DNA from: an uncultured Verrucomicrobiae bacterium
GTDB taxonomy: Bacteria > Verrucomicrobiota > Verrucomicrobiia > Limisphaerales > Palsa-1400
Assembly (NCBI GenBank): GCA_963813995.1
Contig: CAWFAZ010000046.1
Location: 9,342-73,341, forward strand
Direction of reading: 5' to 3'
DNA: 64,000 nucleotides
Part shown: piece after piece, positions 9,559-19,291 of the stretch
Numbering within the stretch: the first letter of the stretch is position 1
Layout of the letters: each line of letters opens with the position of its first letter
The notes under the pieces: model-generated
What the model was told of the DNA's origin: nothing
Database searches by the model: none
What the model saw: only the letters and a program-made list of their open reading frames with translations
Translations under genes and position numbers: made by a program

Positions 9559-10945
9559 AAATCTGAGCGCATGGTCCACGCTGTGGTTTGCCCTGGCGGC
9601 GATTCTTTCATTTCATCTGGCTTATACGATTGCGAACTGCCAGATATTGCTCGCTGTCTTTCTCTATTGTCTCTTCCGGCTGGCAAATGTCCGAACCAGC
9701 CGCCGGGCTTTTTATATTGGTTTGGGAATTGGTTTGGCCATCTACGCTCCTCAACTCAGTTATTTTTGGACGATTTTCCAAATCGCGGCGATTCCTCTTT
9801 GGCTGATTTTGTCATCCTGGCTCGGCTTGTTCCTCCTGTTGGGCAGAGCTTGTCTGGCGCGGTTCGGCCTCGTCGGTTGGGCCTGCGCGGCGCCTTTTGT
9901 GTGGACCGGCTTGGAATATTTTCGCAGCGAGCTTAATTATCTCAGGTTTTCCTGGCTCAACGCCGGCTATGCGTTCTCTGATTCGGGCAGCCTGCATTAT
10001 TGGGCCTGCTACGGCGTCTATGGGATCGGTTTCGTGCTAATGACCATGGCGGTTTTTGGGGGAGTTGTCCGGCACCTCGGCTGGTCCGGGAGAATCCTCG
10101 CCGGAACCGTGGCGACCCTCCTTCTATTGTATCCGGCCCTGGCTCCAGCCCTGCAAAACTCCTCCCAACAGAGTTTTCGTGTAACCGGCGTGCAACTCGA
10201 ATTCCCGGCTCCGTCTGAAGCAGTATTGGCCTTGAATCAGGCCATCAACAAGTTTCCGGAGACTGATCTGCTGGTCCTGAGCGAATACACTTTCAACGGC
10301 CCTGTTCCGGAACTCATCAAGAAGTGGTGCCGCAAACATCGGAAATACCTCGTGGCCGGCGGAGAGGAACCCGTCTCAGGCTCGCAGTATTACAACACAG
10401 CATTCGTGGTCAGCCCCGAGGGCGAAATTGTTTTTCGGCAGGCCAAATGCGTCCCCATCCAATTTTTCAAGGATGGATTGCCCGCTCCCGGTCAGGCGCT
10501 GTGGAACTCGCCGTGGGGCAGGTTGGGTCTCGGCATCTGCTACGATGCCAGCTATACACGAGTGACCGACGAATTAATCCGCCAGGGCGCGCAAGGATTG
10601 ATCTTCCCGACAATGGACGTGGCGGACTGGGGAATCCACCAACACCAACTCCACGCCCGGATTGCCCCCATGCGCGCGGCGGAATATGCTGTGCCGGTGT
10701 TTCGATTGTGCAGTTCGGGCATTTCGCAATTTATCGGCCCATCCGGGCGGGTGCTTGATTCAGCCCCTTTTCCGGGACAAGGCGCGATCATGAGCGCTCA
10801 AATGCAATTGACAGCACACGGGCGGATGCCGCCGGATCGGTGGCTGGCTCTATTATCGGTCAGTATCACAGTTGCGCTCGGCGCATGGTTGGCCATCGAC
10901 TGCATTCGGCATCGGTTCGCAGTTTCAATTGTTCCGGCAAAATGA
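9542..10945 (+). CDS. lnt: Apolipoprotein N-acyltransferase-like protein (nitrilase fold)
   Basis: Multi-TM N-half with WTGLEYFRS and FSWLNAGY; catalytic E-K-C triad in LSEY / AKCVP / ICYD; MRAAE; SSGISQFI. Confidence 0.8.
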   Translation: MQPRNKNLSAWSTLWFALAAILSFHLAYTIANCQILLAVFLYCLFRLANVRTSRRAFYIGLGIGLAIYAPQLSYFWTIFQIAAIPLWLILSSWLGLFLLLGRACLARFGLVGWACAAPFVWTGLEYFRSELNYLRFSWLNAGYAFSDSGSLHYWACYGVYGIGFVLMTMAVFGGVVRHLGWSGRILAGTVATLLLLYPALAPALQNSSQQSFRVTGVQLEFPAPSEAVLALNQAINKFPETDLLVLSEYTFNGPVPELIKKWCRKHRKYLVAGGEEPVSGSQYYNTAFVVSPEGEIVFRQAKCVPIQFFKDGLPAPGQALWNSPWGRLGLGICYDASYTRVTDELIRQGAQGLIFPTMDVADWGIHQHQLHARIAPMRAAEYAVPVFRLCSSGISQFIGPSGRVLDSAPFPGQGAIMSAQMQLTAHGRMPPDRWLALLSVSITVALGAWLAIDCIRHRFAVSIVPAK

Positions 10946-13086
10946 AAACAATTCTTCGCTTGCTCTTGCGGTTATTGTTCGGGTTCCGCGCGCATAACAC
11001 GGCGGCGCTGGCCGCGCCGGGTCCAGTCATGCTCCTGCCCAATCACGTCTCCTGGCTCGATTGGCTGTTCCTGACCGCCTGCCTCGACTCTCAATGGCGC
11101 ATTGTCACCTCCAGGCAGGGCGCGGAGGTCAGTTGGGTGCATCGGCTCCTGATGATCAACCGATTTACGTTTCCCGTGGACACCGATTCGCCTTACGCCG
11201 TCAAACGTGTGGCGGAATATCTCCAGACGGGCGGAAAATTGGTGCTTTTCCCGGAGGGCCGCCTTTCGCGCACCGGCGCGCTGATGAAGCTCTACGATGG
11301 CACGGGCTTTCTGCTTTTCAAAACCCACGCCAAAGTTGTCACCTGTTATTTGCGGGGCGCCAACCGGCTCCCCTTCTCCCCCAATCCGAACCGGAAAAAA
11401 TGGTTCCCGCGTGTCACCGCCCATTTCAGCGGGGTCCTGACGCCGCCGGCATTGACGGGCATGAGCACGATGCGCGCGCGGCAAAAGCTTACCCGCTGGC
11501 TCTACGATGCGATGGTCAGGCAACAATTTGACATCGAGCTGGACGCCACGCCAAAAAATGTCCTCGCCGCCATCCTGCAAACGGCGCGGCAATCCCCCAA
11601 TGTCGTCGTGCTGGAAGATGTGACGCACCGGAAGCTGACTTACCGGCGCTTGCTGGCCGGGGCCGATGCGATGGCGCAGCAGTGGCGCCGCCACTGGCCC
11701 GACGACAACAACGCGCGCATTGGAGTGCTGCTGCCCGCTTCGCTGGCCATGCCGGTGACCATCCTCAGCCTGTGGGCGGCGGAGAAGGTTCCGACGATTT
11801 TCAACTTTTCCACCGGCATTCCCACCATGCTGGCCTGCGCCCAACTGGCATCTGTCAAACATATTATTACCTCCAAAACATTCCTGGAACGGGCAAAATT
11901 AAACGTGCAGGCGATGCGGGATGCGGGCATTGAGTTCATTTATTTGGAGGACGTGCGCGCCAACATCCCGCGCTGGCGGCAATGGCGCTCCCTCCTGCAC
12001 GTCTCCTTGAATCCGCAATGCCTTGTCCCCAAGCCGCAATCAGACGTGGCGGTGGTCCTTTTCACCAGCGGATCGGAAGCCATGCCCAAGGGAGTGGAAC
12101 TGACCCACACGAACCTGCTGGCCAACATCCGCCAATTGCTGGCCGTGTATGATTTGAATGACGCGGACCGTCTCTTCAACGCCATGCCGTTGTTTCACAG
12201 CTTTGGCGTCATCGGCATGGCCCTGCCATTGATTCATGGCTGTTATGTTTTCCTGTATCCTTCGCCGCTCCATTACCGCGCGATTCCGACGCTGGTCTAT
12301 GATTTGGATTGCACCGTGTTTTTCGGCACCAACACGTTCCTGAACGGTTATGCGCGCAAGGCCAATCCGTTTGATTTCCGCGCTCTGCGCCTGCTTGTCG
12401 CCGGCGCGGAAAAATTGCAGGAAACAACCGCCCAAACGTGGGCGCGGCAATTTGGCGCGCGCATTTTGGAAGCTTACGGCGCGACCGAATGCAGCCCGTG
12501 CATCACAGTCAATACTCCGATAAATCCGCGCTTCGGCTCCGCTGGAAGATTCATGCCCGGAATGGAATACAAATTCGAGCCGGTGGAAGGCGTTGCCGAA
12601 GGCGGGCGGTTGTGGGTGCGCGGCCCCAACATCATGCGCGGCTATCTGAACGCGGAGGCGAATGAAAAGTTCCTGGCCTGCGGCGGCTGGTACGACACCG
12701 GCGACATTGCGCGCGTGGACGAAGACGGTTTTCTCTACTTGCTTGGCCGTCTCAAGCGTTTTGCCAAGGTCAGCGGTGAAATGGTCAGCCTGGCCGCCGC
12801 GGAAGAAGCTCTGGACGGCGCGTTCCCGCAGTATGGCTTGCGCTTTCGAATCGCCGTCCTGGCCCGCCCCGACCCCGACCGGGGCGAAGTACTGATCGCA
12901 GTCTGCAACGAGCCAAAACTGCAACTGGACGAAATCCGCGCCGCGATCAAGTCCAAAGGCTTAAGCAACCTCTACTTCCCAAAGGAACTCAAATACATGC
13001 GGGACATTCCGAAACTCGGCACCGGCAAAGTGGACCACCGCGAATTGCAGAAAACCATTTCAGAAGGCGGACTTGTCGCGCCGTAG
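10942..13086 (+). CDS. aas: Bifunctional 2-acyl-GPE acyltransferase / acyl-ACP synthetase
   Basis: PlsC motifs PNHVSWLD and FPEGRL plus AMP-binding FTSGSEAMPKGV, YGATE, WYDTGD; ATGA overlap with the lnt stop. Confidence 0.92.
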   Translation: MKTILRLLLRLLFGFRAHNTAALAAPGPVMLLPNHVSWLDWLFLTACLDSQWRIVTSRQGAEVSWVHRLLMINRFTFPVDTDSPYAVKRVAEYLQTGGKLVLFPEGRLSRTGALMKLYDGTGFLLFKTHAKVVTCYLRGANRLPFSPNPNRKKWFPRVTAHFSGVLTPPALTGMSTMRARQKLTRWLYDAMVRQQFDIELDATPKNVLAAILQTARQSPNVVVLEDVTHRKLTYRRLLAGADAMAQQWRRHWPDDNNARIGVLLPASLAMPVTILSLWAAEKVPTIFNFSTGIPTMLACAQLASVKHIITSKTFLERAKLNVQAMRDAGIEFIYLEDVRANIPRWRQWRSLLHVSLNPQCLVPKPQSDVAVVLFTSGSEAMPKGVELTHTNLLANIRQLLAVYDLNDADRLFNAMPLFHSFGVIGMALPLIHGCYVFLYPSPLHYRAIPTLVYDLDCTVFFGTNTFLNGYARKANPFDFRALRLLVAGAEKLQETTAQTWARQFGARILEAYGATECSPCITVNTPINPRFGSAGRFMPGMEYKFEPVEGVAEGGRLWVRGPNIMRGYLNAEANEKFLACGGWYDTGDIARVDEDGFLYLLGRLKRFAKVSGEMVSLAAAEEALDGAFPQYGLRFRIAVLARPDPDRGEVLIAVCNEPKLQLDEIRAAIKSKGLSNLYFPKELKYMRDIPKLGTGKVDHRELQKTISEGGLVAP

Positions 13087-13109
13087 TTCCACTTGGCGGA
13101 GCGAAGGCG

Positions 13110-13264
13110 GAAGCCTGAAGCATATCTCGTAAACGTTCGAAGGCGGCTCGGTGGGTGTTGAAATTCTGGATCAGCTTGGCTTCCTTGGGCGGCACACGGG
13201 TGTACACCGTAAAACCTATCAATAACACAGCGCAGGACAGAAGAATGATTGCCGCTCGTTTCAC
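13110..13264 (-). pseudogene. 5' remnant of a small exported/membrane protein
   Basis: MKRAAIILLSCAVLLIGF...LIQNFNTHRAAFERLRDML looks protein-like, then runs into antisense aas. Confidence 0.3.
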
Positions 13265-13460
13265 TGTAACGATGGGATCAAGCCACGCCGAGCCGGGGAT
13301 GTCAACCGCGCAAACGGAACTGCAGCGGCCATCCGTATCCGACCAACGAGACGGTTTGACCAGCAGGCAGTGAAAGGGTCACCCATTAGCAGGGCGTTGT
13401 GTTAACAGGCAAAACGGTTTTGTCCCCCAATTCTTTTCTTAATCGAGTCAGAGCAATCAG

Positions 13461-14066
13461 CTAATTGTATGCACGAGGTGGCCTTCCTTGATCGCCAACG
13501 GTTGCATTCCCGCCGATGGCGGCGCTTTCCTTTACTCTTGGAAGAAGCAGGGCGGTGAGAATCACGGCAAATCCGAGCAGCCCATGGCCAAAGCAGGAGG
13601 TCGTAATTGCGCCAACGATCAAAGCTGCCCAAAGGAGTGCCTGGAATCTTGGTGCCAAAACGGTTGGCTCTGGTTCCTGGAGCATTGTTCTGAAGGCTTT
13701 GATCGCTGCGGCAATTCGCCAAATTCCGAACATCAGCGCGCTTATGATTACAAGATAAACGAACGTTGGGACGCTCCCACCCGCTTTAACTGGAAACCCC
13801 TTTTCGGGTTGGACGCTCAGCAGCCAAAGAATAGCGGCTTCTCCAAGCATCGGCGCATCACTTAAATTGGAAAGAATACGAGGCATCGCCAGCGTCCCAT
13901 TGGGCATTTCCCACACCGTCGCCAACATTTCAGCGGATAAAGGGTATGCCAGGTCGAATCGGCCATTTTTGCGGGCGGCTCCAACTCCAAAGGCGTTGGC
14001 AGCCACGCCGAAACCTGCGATAACCGGGCCTGCGTCCACGTCGATCGTCCAATCCGTTTTCGGCAC
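13461..14066 (-). CDS. Hypothetical membrane protein, possibly 5'-truncated
   Basis: 201-aa ORF with 3-4 hydrophobic segments, lower GC. Confidence 0.45.
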   Translation of the reverse strand: MPKTDWTIDVDAGPVIAGFGVAANAFGVGAARKNGRFDLAYPLSAEMLATVWEMPNGTLAMPRILSNLSDAPMLGEAAILWLLSVQPEKGFPVKAGGSVPTFVYLVIISALMFGIWRIAAAIKAFRTMLQEPEPTVLAPRFQALLWAALIVGAITTSCFGHGLLGFAVILTALLLPRVKESAAIGGNATVGDQGRPPRAYN

Positions 14067-14265
14067 GTCGTTCGGGAATTCACGAAAACCGGAAAAACCA
14101 AGGCGATGTTACAGCTCAAATAAGGGTCGGCTGGCAGGCCATCAGTCGCATTCGCCCCATCAGTCCCAAGGTATGTGATCATTGTGCTTTGTGGTTAAAT
14201 ATTTTCGCTGTTGACCCGGTTTTCTATAATCTATCCGGGCATCCGTGAAATCCTGAAATCCGTGG

Positions 14266-14424
14266 TCAAATTCTTCAAAGACATTTCTACTTTCCCAATT
14301 TCAGGGTTGTTGTAAATACTAGTTTCAGGGGTCTTTTGTAAACACTTTACTGACAACATGTTGTGAATATGCAAAATGCTGAAAATTTCACGGTTTTTTT
14401 CAGGGCCGATTCTCTTGAGAAATT
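14266..14424. repeat. AT-rich ~158-bp dispersed intergenic repeat, copy 1
   Basis: Colinear with 62440-62597; shared blocks TCAAATTCTTCAAAGACATTT, TTGTAAATACTAGTTTCAG, CAAAATGC.GAAAATTTCAC, GATTCTCTTGAGAAATT. Confidence 0.85.
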
Positions 14425-14439
14425 ATCTCTCAGATTTTG

Positions 14440-14470
14440 AATCCGTGTCCATCCGTGTCCATCCGTGGTT
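14440..14470. repeat. ATCCGTG-type short tandem REP-like repeat
   Basis: ATCCGTGTCC ATCCGTGTCC ATCCGTGGTT; related ATCCGTGAAATCCTGAAATCCGTGGTC at 14241-14267. Confidence 0.6.
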
Positions 14471-14481
14471 AAGATCGGAAC

Positions 14482-16746
14482 TCACGGGCCGCCGATCCGC
14501 AACGGAAGTTTCGCCCGAATATCATCCGACGCCGCGCCCACCAAAATCTCGTAGTCTCCCTGCTCCACCACATATTGCTTCCGGGTCGTGTCCCAATAGC
14601 GAAGTCCCGTGACCGGCACCTGGATGTCAACGCGCGCCGACTGCTGATGCGGCACCGGCACGCGCTGAAATCCGCACAACGCCTCCAGAGGTTGCGGCAC
14701 GGCCGATTTGACATGCCGAAAATAAACCTGCACCACTTCGTCGCCGTCGCGCGCGCCGGTGTTGGTCACGTCCAATTTCACATGGATCGTGTCATCCATG
14801 CCGGCTTGCGTCCGGTCCAGTTGCGCGGGGCCGTATTTGAATTGCGTGTAGCTCAGGCCGTGTCCAAAGGCGAACAAGGGTTTGCCCTTGAAGTAACGAT
14901 AGGTGCGGTTGGACAAGGCATAATCGGTAAACGGCGGCAAATCCGCCGTGGCGCGGTAAAAGGTGATCGGGAGCCGTCCCGCCGGGTTGACGTCTCCGAA
15001 CAAAACTTCCGCCAGCGCCCGTCCGCCCTCCTGGCCGGGATACCAAGCCTGCACAATGGCTGGCAGATTCTCCGCTTCCCACGGCATGGCAATCGCGCTT
15101 CCGCTGCAATTGACAAAGACCAGGGGCTTGCCCGTGGCGCGCAACGCTTTCAGGAACTCCGTTTGCACCGGCGGCAATTCAATGCGCGTGCGGTCCCCGT
15201 AGAAAAACCCCTCGAACGGCACTCCCATATACTCCCGTTCAAGGTCCGCGCAAATGCCGCCGAAGTAAACGATGGCATCCACCTTTTGGGCCAGATCCAG
15301 CGCCTTGGCGCGGGCGTCGTCATAAGCGGCCTGGTTGGTGTCGCCCACCCGCAGGGCCAGCGGGCAGCCTGGCGCGTAATAGACCTGCGCGTTCGTGCCG
15401 AGAAAATCCAGGATGCCTCGCGCAAACGTCACCGGATGGGACGGCTCGCCGTTGTAGTTGCCCAGCAGCGTCGCCACATAATGGGCGTTGATGCCAAACA
15501 CCCCAATCTTGTGAATCCTGGCGCGGTCCAGCGGCAGCAATCCGTCATTCTTCAGCAGCACAACGGACTCGCGCGCCATCCGCAAGGCCAGTGCGTCATG
15601 CTCCGGCGTGTCGTAGTCCGTCGCCGGAATTCTCGCGTAAGGCACGAGGGCGGGCGGATCGAACATGCCGAGGCGGAAGCGCGCCTGGAGCAAGCGCCCC
15701 ACCGCCGTGTCAACTTCCTGCTCCGTCAGCAATCCATCATGCACCGCCTCCGTCAACGCGCGATACTCCATCCCGCAACAAAGATCGCACCCGGCCTTGA
15801 CGGCGGCGGCCGCGGCCATCTCAAGGGTTGGCGAATAATTGTGCCCCATAAAAATGTCGTAAATGGCACCGCAGTCCGACACCACCTGACCTTTGAACCC
15901 CCATTGTCCGCGCAACAAATTGCTCAGCAAGAGAGGACTTGCGCAAGAGGGCGTGCCATAAAGCCGGTTGTAAGCGCCCATCACCGCGCCGACGCGGCCT
16001 TCCCGCACCGCCGCTTCGAACTGCGGCAGATAGACCTCGTAAAAATCCCGCTCCGCCGGCTCCGCATCGAAAGAATGCCGCTCCGCTTCCGGCCCGCTAT
16101 GGACCGCGAAATGTTTGGCGCAAGCCAGGGCCTTGAAGTACTTCGGATCATCACCCTGCAAACCCTGAATAAACGCCACCGCCATTCGCCCCGTCAAAAA
16201 AGGGTCTTCCCCGTAGGTCTCCTGCCCGCGGCCCCAGCGCGGGTCGCGAAATATATTGATGTTCGGCGTCCAAAACGACAGCCCCGTGTAAAGCGTGCTG
16301 TCGCCATTGTGCGCCTCGGTGTATTCGCGGTTCATGGCCCGCGCCTCCGTGGCAATCGCATCGGCCACCGTGTGCAACAACGGCGGATCAAAGCTCGCCG
16401 CCATGCCGATGGCCTGCGGGAAAACCGTGGCGATGCCGTTGCGCCCAATGCCGTGCAGGCATTCGTTCCAATAATTGTAAGCCGGCAGACCGAGACGCGG
16501 AATGGCCGGCGCCTCATTGCAAACCTGCAGCGCCTTTTCCTCCAGCGTCATGCGGCCCACCAAATCGCCCACGCGCAACTCCAGCGGTTGGGCCGGGTCC
16601 TTCCAGAGAGGGGGCTTCGTTTCGGCGGGTTGATCCGCGGCGGCGGCGGCCCGCGGCAGCAGCCACGAAATGGCAAGGAGCAGCGCGAAAACAGACGGAC
16701 GCAAACGAAGCGCCACCTTCATTTGGCCGGGGCCGGATTGTTTCAT
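14482..16746 (-). CDS. GH3 beta-xylosidase/beta-glucosidase with C-terminal Fn3-like domain
   Basis: WNECLHG, TPNINIFRDPRWGRGQETYGEDP, KHFAVHSGPE, VVSDCGA (nucleophile Asp), WYPGQEGG, FGHGLSYT; signal peptide. Confidence 0.93.
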   Translation of the reverse strand: MKQSGPGQMKVALRLRPSVFALLLAISWLLPRAAAAADQPAETKPPLWKDPAQPLELRVGDLVGRMTLEEKALQVCNEAPAIPRLGLPAYNYWNECLHGIGRNGIATVFPQAIGMAASFDPPLLHTVADAIATEARAMNREYTEAHNGDSTLYTGLSFWTPNINIFRDPRWGRGQETYGEDPFLTGRMAVAFIQGLQGDDPKYFKALACAKHFAVHSGPEAERHSFDAEPAERDFYEVYLPQFEAAVREGRVGAVMGAYNRLYGTPSCASPLLLSNLLRGQWGFKGQVVSDCGAIYDIFMGHNYSPTLEMAAAAAVKAGCDLCCGMEYRALTEAVHDGLLTEQEVDTAVGRLLQARFRLGMFDPPALVPYARIPATDYDTPEHDALALRMARESVVLLKNDGLLPLDRARIHKIGVFGINAHYVATLLGNYNGEPSHPVTFARGILDFLGTNAQVYYAPGCPLALRVGDTNQAAYDDARAKALDLAQKVDAIVYFGGICADLEREYMGVPFEGFFYGDRTRIELPPVQTEFLKALRATGKPLVFVNCSGSAIAMPWEAENLPAIVQAWYPGQEGGRALAEVLFGDVNPAGRLPITFYRATADLPPFTDYALSNRTYRYFKGKPLFAFGHGLSYTQFKYGPAQLDRTQAGMDDTIHVKLDVTNTGARDGDEVVQVYFRHVKSAVPQPLEALCGFQRVPVPHQQSARVDIQVPVTGLRYWDTTRKQYVVEQGDYEILVGAASDDIRAKLPLRIGGP

Positions 16747-16915
16747 GGACAATCGCACTTCCCGAAGCTTGTCCCCTCCCCGCCGCAGAGTCAACCCCTG
16801 GCTCCGCGCCGGAGGCGAAAAGCCCGGGCGACGAAATTGCTTGCCGCCTTTTTTGACGGGGGCATATTATTCTCCTGATGAGTCGAGGCGATGAAAGCAC
16901 TCGATTTTGGTTTTT

Positions 16916-16990
16916 GCGCGCTTAGCTCAGCGGTAGAGCATTACCTTCACACGGTAGGGGTCGCAGGTTCAAAACCTGCAGCGCGCACCA
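16916..16990 (+). tRNA. tRNA-Val(CAC)
   Basis: GCGCGC acceptor stem, D-arm AGCTCAGCGGTAGAGC, anticodon arm TTACC-TTCACAC-GGTAG, T-loop GGTTCAAA, encoded CCA. Confidence 0.93.
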
Positions 16991-17051
16991 TTCCCCGGAA
17001 AAAGCCCTGTATTTTCGCGCCAAAAAATCCGGTGTTGATATGAAAAACAAA

Positions 17052-17136
17052 TGGTGCCCGCGACAGGACTTGAACCTGTACGATGTTACTCACTAGAACC
17101 TGAATCTAGCGCGTCTGCCAATTCCGCCACGCGGGC
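17052..17136 (-). tRNA. tRNA-Leu(CAG)
   Basis: Reverse complement GCCCGCGTGGCGGAATTGGCAGACGCG-CTAGA TTCAGGT TCTAG-long variable arm-GGTTCAAGTCC...GCGGGCACCA. Confidence 0.95.
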
Positions 17137-17185
17137 ATCAATGATTATCAACCACTTACGCAAGATGATTCACTTCTAATTTTTC

Positions 17186-17209
17186 CATTGCACCCCACCG
17201 TTGCACCCC
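17186..17209 (+). promoter_or_regulatory. Putative integrase arm-type sites, left (TTGCACCCC x2), with IHF-like site at 17146-17158
   Basis: CATTGCACCCCACCGTTGCACCCC; same pair at 27261-27283; TATCAACCACTTA fits WATCAANNNNTTR. Confidence 0.65.
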
Positions 17210-17222
17210 GTAACTTCTAATT

Positions 17223-18365
17223 ATGCAAACATTACGAGATAAACGACCCGGTCCCCGGAAGCGGGAAGACCATCTTTCCAAAGATGGAAAGTGGCGCTCG
17301 TTTCCGAAAGTGCCGCATCTGCTGCAATACGTTATCAGTGGGACCTACTTTGGCAAAGTAAAAATTAACGGGAAGAAAATCCGCCAGAGCCTGCGAACGG
17401 ATGTGTGGTCAACCGCGCAATTGCGGTTGAATGATTTTCTCAAGGAGCATCGGGAAAACCGCGACAGGGTGGCCCCCCCGAAATTCAGCGAGGCGGTGGA
17501 ACTGTTTAAAAAAGAGCTTGAACATGACACGACGCTCAAGCCGCAAAGCAAACAATACCGCCTCTATTGCCTGACGAAACTTCAAAGAACCTGGCCGGAC
17601 CTTTGGAATTTGCGGATCAATGAAATCACGCCCGATGCCTGCAAGGAATGGGCGGCGAAATTGGTCAGCGAAATAGCCTGCCACTATTACAACAACATGC
17701 TTGGCACGCTCAAACAGGTGCTTCAAACGGGCATCAAGGCGCATAAGGCAAATGGCGGCGGGATATTGGAAAGCCCGGCAGCGGAGTTGAAGAAAACGCG
17801 GATTAAGCAAAAGGAACTGCGGCTGCCGGAGCCGTCGCAATTCAAGGATTTGGTCAGGAACGTCCGCATGCGAAGTGGCGGCTGGGGGCCGCGTGACGGT
17901 GATTTAGTGGAATTCCTGGCGTATAGCGGTCTGCGTATCCAATCAGAGGCGGTTTGGGTGACAGGAGATGACATTGACTGGCCGCGTGAGGAAATCATCG
18001 TGCGCGGCGATCCGGTCACGGCGACAAAAAACAGCGAAACGCGCCGTGTGCCGATTCTGCCGGACATGGAGAATTTGTTGAGCCGGATGCAAGAGCGGCT
18101 TGGGTCGTTTGGCAAGGAGCCGATTCTTCAAGTGGGTAGATGCAATGAGGCCCTGGCGCGAGCGTGCAAGGAAATTGGCATTTCCAAAATCACCCACCAT
18201 GACCTGCGGCATTTGTTCGCAACGCGGTGCATCGAATCCGGCGTGGATATTCCAACGGTGTCGCGCTGGCTCGGCCACAAGGATGGCGGGGCGCTGGCCA
18301 TGAAGACCTACGGCCACTTGCGCAATGAGCACAGCCAGGCGATGGCGCAAAAGGTGAAGTTCTGA
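17223..18365 (+). CDS. Tyrosine recombinase/integrase
   Basis: AYSGLR (R), TKN (K), HDLRH (HxxR), WLGH, TYGH (Y); 380 aa with N-terminal arm-binding-like region. Confidence 0.95.
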   Translation: MQTLRDKRPGPRKREDHLSKDGKWRSFPKVPHLLQYVISGTYFGKVKINGKKIRQSLRTDVWSTAQLRLNDFLKEHRENRDRVAPPKFSEAVELFKKELEHDTTLKPQSKQYRLYCLTKLQRTWPDLWNLRINEITPDACKEWAAKLVSEIACHYYNNMLGTLKQVLQTGIKAHKANGGGILESPAAELKKTRIKQKELRLPEPSQFKDLVRNVRMRSGGWGPRDGDLVEFLAYSGLRIQSEAVWVTGDDIDWPREEIIVRGDPVTATKNSETRRVPILPDMENLLSRMQERLGSFGKEPILQVGRCNEALARACKEIGISKITHHDLRHLFATRCIESGVDIPTVSRWLGHKDGGALAMKTYGHLRNEHSQAMAQKVKF

Positions 18366-18419
18366 TTTCGAGCGGCTCCTCCCTCCCCTCGCGTGTTGAA
18401 CGATTGATGCTGCCTCCTG

Positions 18420-19291
18420 CTAATTCGCCTTAATATTAAGGAATGGGATCACTGTCCTCTTGGGGGCGTTTGAAATGTCGGTGTCCAGATCATTCAATGC
18501 GGTAGTGAATTTCTGGCGGGTGTCCTCTATCGCCGCAATATAGTTCGTCATCTGGTCGCCGAATTGCCGTGGGTCTGATTGCGGGTCTGAGGAAAGCGAC
18601 GGCAATAATCCCTGGAAGTGATTCAGCATGTTTTCCTGCTCTTGAAGAGCCTTCGGAAAGTTTGCGCGGGCGGTGTCATTGAACTGATTCAAGGTTTTCC
18701 TGGCAGAGCGGGCAACTCCGGCAATCTTGTTTGTATTGTTGTCGAGCCTGGTTTGGCATTGGGCTTTGAATTTGGATACCTGTGCCGCTTCAGCGGCCAG
18801 CGTCGTCTTGATCTGTTCGTAAATTCGTTGGTTTTCCTCAAGTTTTTGTTGTTCCAAGGCTGCCTGTTTCTGCTGCTCCTCCCGGCGCTTCTGCGCTTCC
18901 AAGGCCGCTTGTGCTTTCGCCTTTTCCTCGTCCTGACGGCGCTGCGCCTCCAAAGCTGCTTGCGCGAGGGCGGCGGAATTGTCGGTTTTGACGGCAGGCG
19001 CAACAACCGGTGGGGATTGCTGGGTTTGATTCTGGACTTTGGAAGAAGGTTGGGCCGGGGCGGCGGAATTTGCGCTCGGTGGCTGCGCTGCCACGGGAGC
19101 AACGGCGGATTGCTTGATCTGGGATTGAATCAATCGGAAAACAGGGATGCCGACAGCAACACAGGCTACGAGAACCAGCGCAACAACGGCAGAAAGGATG
19201 ATACGTTTTGATCGTAAAATGGTGGAGAGGGTCTCTTTCGCTGTGCCCGTGGCATCTTGGAATGCGGCTTTCAGGTCAGCCTGTTGGGTAT
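18420..19291 (-). pseudogene. 3' part of a TM-anchored coiled-coil protein, interrupted at TAT 19289-19291
   Basis: [15 protein letters not shown] segment [24 protein letters not shown] linker, long coiled coil; ORF sequence above 19291 is antisense recombinase. Confidence 0.7.

Noticed and set aside
313-16746. GH10 and GH3 as a xylan utilisation locus
   Set aside because: They are 13 kb apart, separated by housekeeping genes, with no sugar transporter or regulator linking them
14575-16878. 767-aa plus-strand ORF (also 40417-43107, 55028-57082, 60390-61976 and similar)
   Set aside because: Antisense shadows of motif-supported genes, expected from high GC3
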